Position numbers and translations under genes: made by a program
Assembly: GCA_051251855.1 (NCBI GenBank)
Contig: JBPOGI010000003.1
Coordinates: 160,001 to 224,000, forward strand
Length of the DNA: 64,000 nt
Origin: Roseibacillus sp.
GTDB taxonomy: Bacteria > Verrucomicrobiota > Verrucomicrobiia > Verrucomicrobiales > Akkermansiaceae
Direction: 5' to 3'
Shown: positions 1 through 10,692 of the stretch, in pieces
Layout: every line of letters starts with the position of its first letter
Numbering within the stretch: position 1 is the stretch's first letter
The notes under the pieces: model-generated
The model's input: the letters and a program-made list of their open reading frames with translations, nothing else
What the model was told of the DNA's origin: nothing
The model's database searches: none

Positions 1-3000
1 TGTCGACCGGGATTTCCGGCTGACTTGGGCTGGCGGGAAGGCCTGCGAACTCAGAGGCACGTAGAAGGTGAGGACGGAAGTGAAGTTTGCCGTCCTTGAA
101 GAAGACGCCGAGTTCGCCGAAGCGAGCGAGGATGCCTTCTTTGACTTGGCCGGTGAGACCGGGCTGTTGTGCTCCGGCATGTCCGGGGCTGTGGGAGTAG
201 GGCTCGGAAGGGAAAGCGCCGTAACCTTCGGGAGATTGACGGAAGCCGAGCCCACTTTGGACATGATAGTAGGCGTTGGTCAGGCGGGCGACGGTCTCGG
301 CGTCGGCATCCTCTGCGACTGCGCCTAGAGTGACTTCTTGCGCAGCGAGCATGAGCTTGGAGATCATGTGCCAGTAGATGCAGCCGAGGCCCTCGTAACC
401 AAACATACTGCCACTGCGACCGGTAAAGGAGCGATGGTTGAAGGTGGCTTCGTAAAGTTCTTCTACGTCGATGCGGTTCCCTTTGACGAGGTCTGCCAAC
501 CAAGCATCTTTCGCTAACTCGTTGAGCTGATCGTGAAGAGCGTAACTATTGGTGAGCGAGGGATGGAAGCGGAAGCCACGGCTGGAGTTAGGGTCGGAAA
601 CGAGGATGCGAGTATCCTTGAGGCGGTCCATTTCTTGGAGCAATGGAATGGCGAGGGCGCGCTCCACCGACACGAGGTTTTTTTCCAAGAAGGAGGGGAG
701 CTCGCGGTCGGGGTAGAGGAGATAGGTGGGGTGACGCTCAGAACGGAGAGGGCTGTCAGGGAGGCTTTCTAATAGAGAAAGAGCCTCGGTGGGCGAAAGA
801 ATGCCGGAAGTAAGGATGGAGACCTGTCCTTCGAGCATAATGGAAAGAGGCTCGACCTCGAAGGCGTCCTTGGAGAGCGCGATATCGAGAATATTGTAGG
901 AATGCCAGAGGCCGTCAGGACGGCGGTTTTGGTTGAGGGTATTCTTGACCGCAGCGCGAGCGCTTGCGAGGAAGCTTTGCAAGGAAGCCTTGGGAAGCGC
1001 GATGGCTTCTCCCGGTCCGCCTTGGTAGACGGTGGAGCGATGGTTCTCGGCAGCGAGTCCGGCTGCTTTAGAGAGGGTGAATCTCTCTTCTGCACTGAGG
1101 GAATCTTCTTGGTTCCAGCGCTCGTCGGCAAAGAGAGTCGCGAGGCTATCGACGAGGTCGGAAAGAGCTTGGGAAAGAGTGAGAGTGTCGCCAGGGTGTT
1201 GGTTGACGAGGTCTTCTAACAGTCCGAGGTAACGGTAAAGGTATCCGGTGGTCACGACGGAAAGACCGCAACCGGCGAGGGCGTTGTTGGCGTCGTTCCA
1301 TTCTGGGCGCTGGGTATTCATCCAGACGCCGCCGCCGGGAATGAGGTTGGCTAACTTGACGGTAGCGGGGACGAGAAGCTTTTCGAAAAGGGTGGCTCGC
1401 ACGAGGTCGCCGGCTTGGTCACGCAGGAGGAGGCCGTCAGCGCCGACGGTTTCTTGGAGGGCGAGGAGTTTGTCGTGTTGCTCGCGGTCGAAGAGAACGG
1501 TGTCGCGTGGATCCTTGAGTGTTTCTTCCCAACCCTTGAGGCGGTAGGGGACGTCGGTGAAGACGTATTCGTTGGCGTCGAGGCGTCCACCGAGAGACTC
1601 GGGATGAATCTTTGCTTCCAGTTCTAACAGCTTGAGTAAGTAGACGATTTGATGGTCGCCCCAGTAGCCAATCGAGGCCCAAGGGTCGTCTTCGTCGGGA
1701 GCCTCCCACTCGATACCATCAGAGGTGATGCGGTAAGGATTGAAGCCGTCGATGGTGGAGGCGTTGAGGAACTTGGCGATGAAGCTTCCGAGGAAATCCG
1801 GGTAGCTCATTGCGAGGGCTTCCCAGTTCTGGAAAATATCGCGCCAGTTGCCTTGGAAGGCGTGGACGGCTTTGCCAGCTTCGTCTTCGACGCGGATGAA
1901 GAACTTGTTCCAAGGTCGGCTGGGGTCGCCGTGACGGCGGCTCAATACGAGGGGAAGATATTCTTGCGCGATGCGAAGGAGGTCCGAGTCTTCGCAGGAA
2001 TCGATGGCAGAGAGAAGGAGGTGCCGGTCAAGAGACTGGGGAAGAGTGGCGAGGAACTCTGCGTGCTTGGTTGCGAGCTCGCGATTGTGGACCGTGAGGT
2101 GGGTGACAAATTGCTCGCGCTGGAAGGTATATCCGTTTTCGGGAATTCCACCTCGGAGGATGTTGCAGAGCGCGTTGTGGTAATGGTAGTGGGCGGCGTC
2201 GCGGTCGGCGGTCTGTTGAAATCCGTCGGTGGAAGCGACCAGGTCGTGCAGTTGCTTCTGTCCGTTGGTGATGTCTTCGTTGAGCTCGGCAACGAGGGTA
2301 TCGATGTCCTCGACTTTGAGCTGAAGGGCGCTGACGTCGCTTTGGGTCTGCTCGATTTCGGCCACCATAAGCCACTCTTGAGTCTCCCCTGGTTGCAGGG
2401 TGATTTCTCTCGCCAAGAAGAAGGCGCCGCGTTTGGCCCGAGTGCGTGAACGAGACTCAGGAGCAGTATCGCGTAGGAATGCTTGGGCGTCTTTGCGCTC
2501 AAGGTAGGCGGGTCCTTCGCCTAGGCCATGGGTCCATACGGTGGTGGACTTGAGGCATTCAAGAGGGATGGGTTCATCAGTGATGCCGGCTGCCAAGCGG
2601 TGAACGAGGAGTTGGTTGTTACTTTCTAGTTCGCTCACTTTGTAGGCATCGGAAAGGCAGCTGTATTCGAGCTGCATGCGGGTGCTGACTCCTGAGGGGA
2701 GAAAGTTATCGAGACCATCGACCATGCGCATGGTGCGTGGGGTGTCTCCTTCGTTGGTGAGCTTTGCCTTTCTTACAAATCCGAATTTCTTCGAGAATTG
2801 CCAACGATAGGTAAAGCGAAGTTCGAGCTCCTGATGAAATTCGTCGAAGACCACCTCGTCACCCAAGGGGCTTTTCATGATGCGTCGGCTCGTAGGAGTT
2901 ATGAGCGCGATGGAGGGGCGAAAAGGGTTCCAAAGTTTACCGTCGCTCACGATTGCGGTCCATGGTCCGGTGGTGTTCCAGTTACCGATAATCTTATCGA

Positions 3001-3241
3001 CGGTATAGTAAGGAAAGAGAGAAGTTTCGGAAGACTCGCGCCCGGCGGTGAGAGCACCATCGCTACTGCAGAAGAGCCAGTGATTATTGGGCCCAACGAT
3101 ATTGAGAAAGAAGGGGTCCATGCGCTCCATATTCTCAATAACCACGTATTCTTGGCCGGATTCGTTAGCCCAGCGATTGGCCGATTGGAATTGGATGCTG
3201 GCTTCCGATTTATCGGACGAAAGGGAATGAAGTTGGGGCAT
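1..3241 (-). CDS. GH149 beta-1,3-glucan phosphorylase (3' end beyond the window edge)
   Basis: Not in the ORF track because there is no stop before the edge. Manually translated segments, in frame with ATG 3241, read MDPFFLNIVGPNNHWLFCSSDGALTAGRESSETSLFPYYT, RRHGDPSRPWNKF, FQGNWRDIFQNWEAL, GGGVWMNTQRPEWNDANNAL, FNHRSFTGRSGSMFGYEGLGCIYWHM and PYSHSP..AQQPGLTGQVKE, all characteristic of GH149. Not every codon was translated. Confidence 0.9.
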   Translation of the reverse strand, partial: MPQLHSLSSDKSEASIQFQSANRWANESGQEYVVIENMERMDPFFLNIVGPNNHWLFCSSDGALTAGRESSETSLFPYYTVDKIIGNWNTTGPWTAIVSDGKLWNPFRPSIALITPTSRRIMKSPLGDEVVFDEFHQELELRFTYRWQFSKKFGFVRKAKLTNEGDTPRTMRMVDGLDNFLPSGVSTRMQLEYSCLSDAYKVSELESNNQLLVHRLAAGITDEPIPLECLKSTTVWTHGLGEGPAYLERKDAQAFLRDTAPESRSRTRAKRGAFFLAREITLQPGETQEWLMVAEIEQTQSDVSALQLKVEDIDTLVAELNEDITNGQKQLHDLVASTDGFQQTADRDAAHYHYHNALCNILRGGIPENGYTFQREQFVTHLTVHNRELATKHAEFLATLPQSLDRHLLLSAIDSCEDSDLLRIAQEYLPLVLSRRHGDPSRPWNKFFIRVEDEAGKAVHAFQGNWRDIFQNWEALAMSYPDFLGSFIAKFLNASTIDGFNPYRITSDGIEWEAPDEDDPWASIGYWGDHQIVYLLKLLELEAKIHPESLGGRLDANEYVFTDVPYRLKGWEETLKDPRDTVLFDREQHDKLLALQETVGADGLLLRDQAGDLVRATLFEKLLVPATVKLANLIPGGGVWMNTQRPEWNDANNALAGCGLSVVTTGYLYRYLGLLEDLVNQHPGDTLTLSQALSDLVDSLATLFADERWNQEDSLSAEERFTLSKAAGLAAENHRSTVYQGGPGEAIALPKASLQSFLASARAAVKNTLNQNRRPDGLWHSYNILDIALSKDAFEVEPLSIMLEGQVSILTSGILSPTEALSLLESLPDSPLRSERHPTYLLYPDRELPSFLEKNLVSVERALAIPLLQEMDRLKDTRILVSDPNSSRGFRFHPSLTNSYALHDQLNELAKDAWLADLVKGNRIDVEELYEATFNHRSFTGRSGSMFGYEGLGCIYWHMISKLMLAAQEVTLGAVAEDADAETVARLTNAYYHVQSGLGFRQSPEGYGAFPSEPYSHSPGHAGAQQPGLTGQVKEGILARFGELGVFFKDGKLHFRPHLLRASEFAGLPASPSQPEIPVD

Positions 3242-3357
3242 GAGAGATGACTAAGAGTAAGGTTGGGAGGCGCTTGAATGCTTTCTTTGATTTGCACCAA
3301 AAAGAGAAAAGAGATGGTTTGTGACCAATAGTAGGTGGACCAGCTTGCTCTAAAATT

Positions 3358-3375
3358 GTTGCATTAAATTGCAAC
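3358..3375. promoter_or_regulatory. Palindromic operator GTTGCA-N6-TGCAAC in the GH149 promoter
   Basis: GTTGCATTAAATTGCAAC lies between a minus-strand TTGACT (3384-3379) and an AACAAT -10-like hexamer. A 16/18 copy occurs at 6662-6679. Confidence 0.65.
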
Positions 3376-3477
3376 TCCAGTCAAGGGGCGGTTTAGAAAA
3401 TTGGAAGAGAGATTCCGACTTGGGATATCGCAAGGCTGAAGAAATCTCCTCTTTCGGCGTTTTTCTCTGTGAAGGAG

Positions 3478-4377
3478 TTATATGCGACTACTCAGCTTGA
3501 TTTCAATGGTCCAATTTCTCGATTCGTGACCTTCCAATTGGCCAAGGGAGTTTTTGGTGACCTTGCTGAGGTGATCGACAGGTGCGTTGGTGGGCTCAAC
3601 AGCCCAATGATGAAGCCCTTTCCAAGCTCCCCGTGTGATCCATATTCCTGCCCACGGGAAATATTTCGCAGGCCAGGTGAGGGAAAGTTGGCTCTTTTTT
3701 CCCTGCAAAGTGGCCTTTCCGGCATCGAGGGGTCCCAAGAAAACCTTAGCGGCAGGGGGATTGGCGGTTCCGGTGTTTGCAGTGGAGAGGTCTTGCCCGT
3801 CTTTGGGCGAGGGCCATGGGAAGATTTCGCCTTCGGGGTTGGCGCATTGGGAAAGGGAGGAGTCGACGAGGAGACGGTCCCCTCTTTCCAATTTGAAGAG
3901 AGGGTGCCAGGCCCAAAGAAAGGGGGTGGGCGTAGGAATGAGATTTTCGAGGCAGTAGTCGAGGTGCAGAGTGTTGCCTTCGAGCCAGATGGTGCGTTGA
4001 AAGGTCAGAGGCAGGGAGGAGAGTTGCCATGAACAGGTGAGATGTTCGTTACCATACTCGAATGTTGGATTGGTTTTCCAAAGTTCACCGTGGTCAGAAA
4101 AATTGATGCCGTCCCGTTGGCAAGGGAGGACAGTGGGTAGGCATTCGTCGAGCCCAGCCCCGTTGCTAGTGTCGTAGACGTTTAGGTCTGTGGGTTGACT
4201 GAGCCGTCTCTCGGAGGATGGATCCCAGCCATCGAGCCATTCGCGGTCAGCTTCCTTGTCGCGGATGGAGACGATGCGTCCGCCCAGTTGGGGAGCGAGG
4301 CTCAGGCTGACCTTGTCATTGCTCAGGGTGTGAATCGCGAATCCCTCGCACGACTCTATGTGGTGGCGGGAGGACAT
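3478..4377 (-). CDS. Aldose 1-epimerase / galactose mutarotase-like protein
   Basis: PQLGGRIVSI, GLDECLP, DHGELW, FLWAWHPLF and AVEP motifs. Confidence 0.8.
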   Translation of the reverse strand: MSSRHHIESCEGFAIHTLSNDKVSLSLAPQLGGRIVSIRDKEADREWLDGWDPSSERRLSQPTDLNVYDTSNGAGLDECLPTVLPCQRDGINFSDHGELWKTNPTFEYGNEHLTCSWQLSSLPLTFQRTIWLEGNTLHLDYCLENLIPTPTPFLWAWHPLFKLERGDRLLVDSSLSQCANPEGEIFPWPSPKDGQDLSTANTGTANPPAAKVFLGPLDAGKATLQGKKSQLSLTWPAKYFPWAGIWITRGAWKGLHHWAVEPTNAPVDHLSKVTKNSLGQLEGHESRNWTIEIKLSSRI

Positions 4378-4388
4378 TTGGCTATTGC

Positions 4389-6614
4389 TTACTGACTCAC
4401 GGTAAGACCTTGGGGGGTGGCGAGGAGGGTTTTCCCATCGGAGAAAATGACTTTAAGTTCTTCCCCGCCAAAGTTGTAGGCAGCGTAGGTTTTTTTGCCG
4501 TTCTTGAGATAGACATTGGTGAAGGGATGGGAAGAGCTGACCGAAGCATCGTTGAGTCCAAGGGTGTTGAGAGTGTGTATCCAGTGATACATAAAGGCGT
4601 GGGTGTTTCCACCTTCCAGCTTGCAGGCCGGATTGGAGTCGATGTAACTCGCGGCAGTCGCGGGGTCACTCAGGGCTCCGAACATGACTACCAGGTCGCC
4701 CCAACCGGTGCTGAAGTCCGTGCCTCCTTCGCGTTGTTCGACGATGCGATCGTAGTTTTTGGTCACGTAGTTCGGGAAGCGACCCATGTAGATGGAAGCG
4801 GGGGTGAAGGGCAACCAGTTGATGCCGTGGATGCAGTCGATGTCGCCGGAGAACCAAGTTGCAAAGGCCCCTTTGCCGCCCCAAACCATGCCAAGGGCGA
4901 CGTGAGGATAGTTCTCGGGGAAGTTGGTTTCGGAAACATCGAACCAGTATTCTTCCACCGCAGTGCGCTCGGTATTGAAGAGGAAAATCCCTTTATCGCG
5001 GATGGCTGTATCACCCATGGCTTCGCCCCAAAGCATGAGGCCGTACCAAGCGTTGAGAGACTCTGAGGAGGACTCTTGGTTGTTGCCATCGCCGAAGTTC
5101 GCGTGGCCCGAGGCCCAGGAATGCCCGGCATAGAAATCGAAGCAACGGGTGTAAGGGAAGAGGGGGTCTTCCCGATCGTTGGAGGCGATTTCGCGGATGA
5201 GAAGGTTGACCATGGGAGCCCATTTCTTGGCCCAAGCGAGGTCATGTCGGGCCACTTCTGCGGCGGCACGGATAAAGTAGCCGTAGTGAAAATGATGGTC
5301 GTTGAGCTGAGAGTCGCTGCCATAGGAAGCCTTGCTACCGATAAGCGTTCCCCAGTTTTCGTCGTAGTAAAAGAGGGGAGCTTCTTCGCCAGAGCTCGCC
5401 GTGAACCAGTTCTCGAGACGAGTCCTGATTTCGGTAAGGAAGGAGTCCCTGAGTTGGTCTTCGTCGAGGAGGTCGGCCATTCCTGCCATGGTGGCGAACT
5501 TTCCAAGGTCTTTGCCTTCCCAGTAGGTGTCCTTGAACTCGTCGTTCATTTTGGAAGCTTCTTCTTTCAGGTAAGCAATGGCACGGGCGGGGTCGGGGAG
5601 GCCTTCTTTGGGAAGTACGGGTAAGAGGCCCTGAATGGGAACTTTAGTGATGAACTGCGTGCCTTGCGCGACCTTCATGAGGCCACGGACGGACTTGTAG
5701 CTCAGCTCAGTCAGGGGAGAGTCGGTGTATTTCCATTGGTGTGGGTAGAGGGCAAAGAGAGTGCCGGTGCCGCCCTTTTCCATCGCCTCGATGGTGACCT
5801 GATAGACAGAGCCTAGAGCGCCTCCTTTGTGGCGATAGATCACTTTGGAATCAGAAACGTGATTGTGAGCCACGTTGGCAAAGAGCTTGAGAGTCTCTTC
5901 GGTATTGTCGGGAAGGAGGGCGACGGAAAAATAGGATTTGCCGCGCTTGTTGGTGAAGGTGCTGCCCTCGAGTCCCTCCCAAGAAGAGCTTTTTGCGCCA
6001 AAGACTCCATAGTGATGGCCACGAATGGTGAGTCCGAGTGTTTCGCTGGAATCATCGCCAGACCAAATTTGAGGACGGTCTCCGCAGACAATGGCGACCT
6101 CGCCGTCAGTGACTCTGCCAAAAACAAAAGGGCTTCCGTGGCCGAATTGCGTGTGAAGCTTGGCGCTACCATCGGCGAATTCGGCGGAAACGAACCAATC
6201 GGAGGAACCAGCATAATTGGCCTCGGTGAAGGTCTTGTCCACAAGGCCAATCGTGATGTCGCCTCCCTTGGGCATACCGCCTCCCATGATGTGGCCACCG
6301 CCCCCGGTGATACCCGTGCTTGGGTCGCTAAGGACTAGACCGTTTTCCTCGCAACGTAGCGTTAAGGGATGTGCGAAGAGAGGTTGTGAGAAAGGGTTCC
6401 AGACGAGTGAACTCCACCACTGGTTGGTAGGAACCGCGCCCTCAAGCGAATCAATTTGGTAGATTTTGTCAGGAAGGGGTTCGCACGATTCGGGGCGTTT
6501 GAGAGTGTAGCTCCCCGGTCCTACCTTCACAATAGTCTCAGCAGGAGAGGAGATCGAAGTGGCTGCGAGAAGAAGAGCGAGGCCCCAAGGAGCAAAAAAT
6601 GGACGGGAAAGCAT
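4389..6614 (-). CDS. GH81 endo-beta-1,3-glucanase, secreted
   Basis: PTNQWWSS, LNDHHFHYGYF, HSWASG and GNNQESSSE motifs. A signal peptide follows the Met at 6614. Confidence 0.92.
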   Translation of the reverse strand: MLSRPFFAPWGLALLLAATSISSPAETIVKVGPGSYTLKRPESCEPLPDKIYQIDSLEGAVPTNQWWSSLVWNPFSQPLFAHPLTLRCEENGLVLSDPSTGITGGGGHIMGGGMPKGGDITIGLVDKTFTEANYAGSSDWFVSAEFADGSAKLHTQFGHGSPFVFGRVTDGEVAIVCGDRPQIWSGDDSSETLGLTIRGHHYGVFGAKSSSWEGLEGSTFTNKRGKSYFSVALLPDNTEETLKLFANVAHNHVSDSKVIYRHKGGALGSVYQVTIEAMEKGGTGTLFALYPHQWKYTDSPLTELSYKSVRGLMKVAQGTQFITKVPIQGLLPVLPKEGLPDPARAIAYLKEEASKMNDEFKDTYWEGKDLGKFATMAGMADLLDEDQLRDSFLTEIRTRLENWFTASSGEEAPLFYYDENWGTLIGSKASYGSDSQLNDHHFHYGYFIRAAAEVARHDLAWAKKWAPMVNLLIREIASNDREDPLFPYTRCFDFYAGHSWASGHANFGDGNNQESSSESLNAWYGLMLWGEAMGDTAIRDKGIFLFNTERTAVEEYWFDVSETNFPENYPHVALGMVWGGKGAFATWFSGDIDCIHGINWLPFTPASIYMGRFPNYVTKNYDRIVEQREGGTDFSTGWGDLVVMFGALSDPATAASYIDSNPACKLEGGNTHAFMYHWIHTLNTLGLNDASVSSSHPFTNVYLKNGKKTYAAYNFGGEELKVIFSDGKTLLATPQGLTVSQ

Positions 6615-6661
6615 GTTCGTGATTTTTATGGAATAGATTCTAAAGAAGGACAGATATCTTC

Positions 6662-6679
6662 GCTGCAATTTAATGCAAT
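6662..6679. promoter_or_regulatory. Second copy of the palindromic operator, upstream of GH81
   Basis: GCTGCAATTTAATGCAAT matches the reverse complement of 3358-3375 at 16/18 positions and overlaps a minus-strand TTGATT. Confidence 0.65.
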
Positions 6680-6789
6680 CAAAAAGGTGCGGAAGCCAAA
6701 AAAGAGTGTCTGAAGTGATGCCGCAAGCCTAGGACTGATGTTGGCTAATCAATGACTCTGTCCGCGAAAAGGCTCTCTTGGCGAAAAGG

Positions 6790-9700
6790 TTAGAACTCCA
6801 CCTTGAGTCGGAAGAAGAGTCTCGCGTCCGCAGCTAGGCCAGCTCCATTAAGAAAGGCGGCGCTAGGGGTCACGGAGATTTCTTCGTACCGGTCGGCCAG
6901 CGGAGTGATGGTAACGTTGTTAGGCAGGGCCGGCGAATCTACTGCCAAGTCATGCCAAATCGACAAGTCGTCGCTGACTTGAACAATTTGGGTGGTGGTA
7001 AACGCGGTGCCATCTTCCTTGCGGCGATAACTGAAAGCGGCATTAGAACCCGCTCCTGAAAGAGAAGGAGCCAATTCAGGATCGGAAGCTGTTGGATCGG
7101 TGTCCAAGACGTATTCGATTCCAGTCTCGATCCCGTCTCCATCTGGATCGCCATTGACAGAGTTATCAGTCAGTGAGGCAAATGAATCGACCCAATTGGC
7201 GTATTCTAGGTCGTTATCGTAACTATTGAAGAGCGTGGAGACTTGTTCTTGGTCCAAGGCATAATTGAAGAGAATGAAATCATCGATATCGCCGTCATAG
7301 GCTCGGTTGTTGGCGCTCTGTGCTCCCAGTGTGAAGGAGTTGATCGATTGGATGGGATTCACTCTACCTGTTCCCGAGGAGAAAAGTTCACCGTTGAGAT
7401 AAATGTTCATTTCGCCGAGATTGGCGTTCTTGGTGAAGACCCAGTGATTCCACTGACCCATAGAATCACCAATGCTCGCTGCCGCACCTTTGAGGCGGTC
7501 ACTTGCATCCCAATAAACCCTCGTGTCAGTCCATGGGATGTGTGCGTTTAGGATTCTTGTGCCGCCACTGTTTCCGTAGAAGAGAGAAGTTGCTAATCCT
7601 CCTGGAAGGGGGTCGCCATCTGGAAGGCTGTCGCCACCCTTCAACCAAACTGAGATCGTGACTTCTTGGGAGAGGCTTTGGAAGGGCGTCACCGGAAGGG
7701 TTGCGTAATTGGCTCCGCCACTCATTTGCAGAGCGCCGTCCCGTACTCCATTGGTCCGCGCTCCTGAAACGAGAGTGCCATCGTAGCCATTTCCACTGAT
7801 ATCCTGTAGCACGTTTCCACTATCCTCATCTAGAGGCCAGTGACCTAAGACGAGTGCTGGAGTGACGATGATGGTCACTGTGGCAATTGTGCTTTCGGCA
7901 AAGGTGTCGCTGACGAAGTAACTGAAGGTGTCGACTCCGGAAAAGTTAGGGTGAGGAGTATAGGTCAAGTTTCCTGACGAACCACCGAGGGTTCCGTTCT
8001 GCGGTGGACTGGTGATAGTGTAGACAAGGTTAGCCCCCTCAGGATCGCTCGCAGAGAGTGACAAGGAAGAACTCCGTCCTTCCACCAAGCTCAAATTTTG
8101 ATTCGCAGCGGTGGGCGGCTGGTTATTGGTGTAGCTGTCGTGAAGAGCGAGCGTTTCTGCAGCATCGAGAGCATAGTTATAGAGGCGAACGTCGTCGACT
8201 AAACCATCATACCCGCCCGATCCTCCATCTGAGCCAAGCACGACGGAAGTGATTTCTGGGATGGTGCGGTTGTCAGCATCGTTGTAGGTGTCAAAAATTT
8301 GTCCATTGAGGTAAGCGCTCATGTTGCCGCTGCCATCTTTGCTAAAGGTCCAGAGATTCCACTGGCCCATGAAGTCCTGGGGGGAAGCATTCTGGCGCAA
8401 GGTATCTCTTCCTGTCACATCACCGACTTCCCAATAGACATCGGAGTTCGACCAGGGGAGATGGATATTGAGGAGGCGATTGTTGTTGCCATTGACTGCT
8501 CGGAAAATGGTGTCGGCGCGAGGTTGGGTGGTGTCTCCAAAGACCCACATCGAGAGTGTTATCTCGGTAGAAATCGTTTCAAAAGCTGAGGCAGGCAGGG
8601 TGGCCTTCTGCGTTCCGCCATTGAAGTCGAGCGCTCCACCCAGTCGCCCCCCTGTGGGCATCAAGGTTCCTGAATTGAGAGTGCCGTGGTGGCCGTTACC
8701 AGTCGAATCTGCCAGAAAAGTGCCGCTGGATTCGTCGAGCCTCCAGTTGGCGATCAATTCCTTTTCAATGACGATGACGTGAACGGTAGAGACAAAGCTC
8801 GTTGAGCTGCCATTGCTGTAGACGAAGTCGAAGCTGTCCGTTCCTACGAAACCAGTGTCTGGGGTATAGACGACCTCTGGAGCGGCACCGCTGAGCATGC
8901 CGTTAGTTGGCTCGCTAACAGTACTAAAGGTGAGTCCGCTGTCGTCTCCTCCGCTGGTCAATTTTACAACGGAAGAGCTGTCTTCGGGGATGCCCACCTC
9001 GAACTGATGGGCGGGAAGCAAATCGACGAGGGGAACTTCGAAGCAATGCACCGAGTTGGCGACTACTGTTGATGAGAAGCTATTACTTCCGGGAGCAGTG
9101 GTAATGGTGGAACCTTCGCCAGCGACATTGATGGATTCGTTCCAGCGGGTGGCAAGGACTTGGCCACTTGGATTCGTGTAGGTGCCCAGGTTCACTTGAA
9201 TCGGAACATCCGAAGAAGAATCATTCACGGCCCAGACGGTGACGAGATCATCCTTAATGAAGGCCGCTGAAGACTTCAGGTTATTGGGAAGATTAAGGTC
9301 GAGAGCGTGACCATAGTTAGAAGTATTACTGAGCTTCTGAAAAATGAAGAATTTCACATTCCTCGTTACGGTTCCGCCACCATTAAGAATGTAGGAATGT
9401 CCTTGGTTCGGAGTGCCGATCGCAAGCCAGCCGTTAATCCCGGTGAATCCGGCGCGCACAGCGTCGAACATAAAGTGAGAACTAGTAACTTCATCCGCAT
9501 TGCTGGTGCTCTTCCATCCGTGCAGCTCGGTGTTCCAAATTTCAACATCATTTCCCAGTGTGGCCCGCGCTTGATCGGCAAACTCTTGTTCTGTACCAGA
9601 GCCCGAGTCGCGGTTGGTGTTGTGAGAAGAAGCGATATCGATGGCCGCTCGTTTCTCCGGAGAATCTAGATTTTCGATCCACGACTCCCCTTGTGAAAAT

Positions 9701-10485
9701 TCCCATGAAGACGGTCCAACGAGCAGAGGCATATCGTCGGGAACGAGGGTGGGAAGCACTTGGTTAGGCAGCTCTAGAATAATGTTGGGATCGCCAATAT
9801 CGGTGGGGTCTGGATTGGGACGGTTCTGAACATAATCCTTCATGTATTCCGCAATATCACGAGCGTCTGATTGCGTGATGCGTCCTCCAAAGCGATTGCT
9901 TTGCCACTCGTTAGTGAGGTCCATGTAGCTAATCTTGAAGCCATGAGCCTTCATTAGGCGTAAGTAGCGGATCAGATACTCCGCGCACTTGAGATCCTGA
10001 AAGTCGTAGTCTCCGGAGGTGTAGCTAGAAGCACCAGTAACCCACAGAGGATAGGGCTGCCAAGTGGCACTCGACACGGCCTCGTTCAAGGGCCGTGGCG
10101 ATGCAAAAAATTTGATGTCTGCCTTCTTGGTCTTCATCTCCGTCATCATCGGGATGATTTTATTATTGTAGGCGCTCAAATCGTAAGTGCCTTCCACGAG
10201 CTCGAATTTAGAGTTCATCGCAACCCGGATGTAGTCCACGTTACAATCGATCATAGACCATTCGGCGACTTGGCGTTTGTTGGCGTTGGAGCCATACCAG
10301 AACCACAATCGTTCGTAGTCTAAGCCGTATCGTATCATCTGCTTCTCGGTACTTCCGACGGTGAGGACGGTTTGTCCCCAGACGCGCTGTGGAGTGAGGA
10401 GTAGACAGAAAATGAGGCCAAGGAGCCACAAGGGGCTCCGAGTGAAGGAGTGTTGGAGAAGGGTTTTTAGTGAGACGGTTTTCAT
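6790..10485 (-). CDS. Secreted clan GH-A (GH30-like) hydrolase with Ig-like repeats, two LamG-like domains and a C-terminal sorting-like domain
   Basis: Signal peptide; DLTNEW and WNTELH as putative catalytic glutamates; YTP..F.G.D.F Ig-like repeats; W.LDE.SG...D LamG starts; DPDGDG motif; ends LFFRLKVEF. Confidence 0.75.
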   Translation of the reverse strand: MKTVSLKTLLQHSFTRSPLWLLGLIFCLLLTPQRVWGQTVLTVGSTEKQMIRYGLDYERLWFWYGSNANKRQVAEWSMIDCNVDYIRVAMNSKFELVEGTYDLSAYNNKIIPMMTEMKTKKADIKFFASPRPLNEAVSSATWQPYPLWVTGASSYTSGDYDFQDLKCAEYLIRYLRLMKAHGFKISYMDLTNEWQSNRFGGRITQSDARDIAEYMKDYVQNRPNPDPTDIGDPNIILELPNQVLPTLVPDDMPLLVGPSSWEFSQGESWIENLDSPEKRAAIDIASSHNTNRDSGSGTEQEFADQARATLGNDVEIWNTELHGWKSTSNADEVTSSHFMFDAVRAGFTGINGWLAIGTPNQGHSYILNGGGTVTRNVKFFIFQKLSNTSNYGHALDLNLPNNLKSSAAFIKDDLVTVWAVNDSSSDVPIQVNLGTYTNPSGQVLATRWNESINVAGEGSTITTAPGSNSFSSTVVANSVHCFEVPLVDLLPAHQFEVGIPEDSSSVVKLTSGGDDSGLTFSTVSEPTNGMLSGAAPEVVYTPDTGFVGTDSFDFVYSNGSSTSFVSTVHVIVIEKELIANWRLDESSGTFLADSTGNGHHGTLNSGTLMPTGGRLGGALDFNGGTQKATLPASAFETISTEITLSMWVFGDTTQPRADTIFRAVNGNNNRLLNIHLPWSNSDVYWEVGDVTGRDTLRQNASPQDFMGQWNLWTFSKDGSGNMSAYLNGQIFDTYNDADNRTIPEITSVVLGSDGGSGGYDGLVDDVRLYNYALDAAETLALHDSYTNNQPPTAANQNLSLVEGRSSSLSLSASDPEGANLVYTITSPPQNGTLGGSSGNLTYTPHPNFSGVDTFSYFVSDTFAESTIATVTIIVTPALVLGHWPLDEDSGNVLQDISGNGYDGTLVSGARTNGVRDGALQMSGGANYATLPVTPFQSLSQEVTISVWLKGGDSLPDGDPLPGGLATSLFYGNSGGTRILNAHIPWTDTRVYWDASDRLKGAAASIGDSMGQWNHWVFTKNANLGEMNIYLNGELFSSGTGRVNPIQSINSFTLGAQSANNRAYDGDIDDFILFNYALDQEQVSTLFNSYDNDLEYANWVDSFASLTDNSVNGDPDGDGIETGIEYVLDTDPTASDPELAPSLSGAGSNAAFSYRRKEDGTAFTTTQIVQVSDDLSIWHDLAVDSPALPNNVTITPLADRYEEISVTPSAAFLNGAGLAADARLFFRLKVEF

Positions 10486-10692
10486 GGGTTTATGAAGGAC
10501 TTCAGCGAGACGTAAACATCCTTTGCCTAAGGAGGCTTCGATTCGTGGGAGAAGCGTAAACTTTTACCCCCAAAAGTAAACGAGTGAACCAAGGAAAGGG
10601 CCTCGCGAAACTGGTGCTATCCTAGTGATTGCCGACTGAGCCTTGAGCAGAGAATTGGGCTCTTCCTTTCCCGTGCTGAGCTGGTCGGGTTT

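Noticed and set aside
51..3300. Many short ORFs listed on both strands
   Set aside because: They are antisense or off-frame shadows of the GH149 gene.
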